Positions 63,898 through 64,000 of a stretch of DNA of 64,000 bases are shown here, piece after piece. How positions within the stretch are numbered: the first letter of the stretch is position 1; every line of letters begins with the position of its first letter. Under the pieces are notes generated by a model. It made no database searches and had not been told where the DNA came from. It was given only the letters and a program-made list of their open reading frames with translations. The stretch is from a virus. Both the position numbers and the translations under genes were made by a program. The stretch lies in the IMG/VR virus record IMGVR_UViG_2718217807_000006. One strand, 5' to 3'.

Positions 63898-64000
63898 TTA
63901 ACTACCCATGCCCAGGGCGGAAGTAATGCGGTCAGGGAACATATTCTGACCGTTCTTTTTGTAGATGAAGTTCAGTAGGTCAATTTCGATAATGGGCTGA
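63898..64000 (-). CDS. FII: Tail tube protein FII, C-terminal fragment
   Basis: Manual translation ...QPIIEIDLLNFIYKKNGQNMFPDRITSALGMGS*. Confidence 0.8.
   Translation of the reverse strand, partial: QPIIEIDLLNFIYKKNGQNMFPDRITSALGMGS

Larger units (their letters stand above)
30725..64000. mobile_element. Prophage B: P2/HP1-like (Peduoviridae) prophage; right end outside window, exact left att uncertain
   Basis: int, repressor/cox switch, dam, A, Q-P-O-N-M-L-X, lysis, R-S-V-W-J-I-H, U-T-E-FII. Confidence 0.95.

Overview
The window holds two prophages in tandem from an enterobacterial chromosome (Klebsiella/Enterobacter-like; the host assignment is inference). They meet at a 3' fragment of the tRNA-Leu(UAA) gene leuZ (30668-30724). 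Prophage A (1-30724) is the right half of an HK97/lambdoid siphophage: RusA, antirepressor, Q, lysis, head, tail and two receptor-binding proteins. It carries three AT-rich morons, an in-frame amber stop in its tail-tip gene, and a complete group II intron inserted immediately after a LexA box; the intron's exon-binding sites are complementary to that box. Prophage B (from ~30725, running off the window) is P2/HP1-like: integrase, immunity region, Dam and C5 methyltransferases, gpA, head, lysis and tail genes. The most unusual observations are: (1) the prophage B repressor ends, and the adjacent Flk-like membrane protein begins, with the same ~18-aa N/G-rich motif, an arrangement typical of amyloid-signalling pairs; (2) a LexA-box-targeting group II intron; (3) a two-chain C5 methyltransferase overprinted in two frames, with four TRD-like repeats; (4) a baseplate gpI fused to Ig and about two dozen LRRs; (5) a trypsin-like protease cassette flanked by degenerate inverted repeats. 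All family calls come from motif recognition by eye and from memory; no database searches were run.
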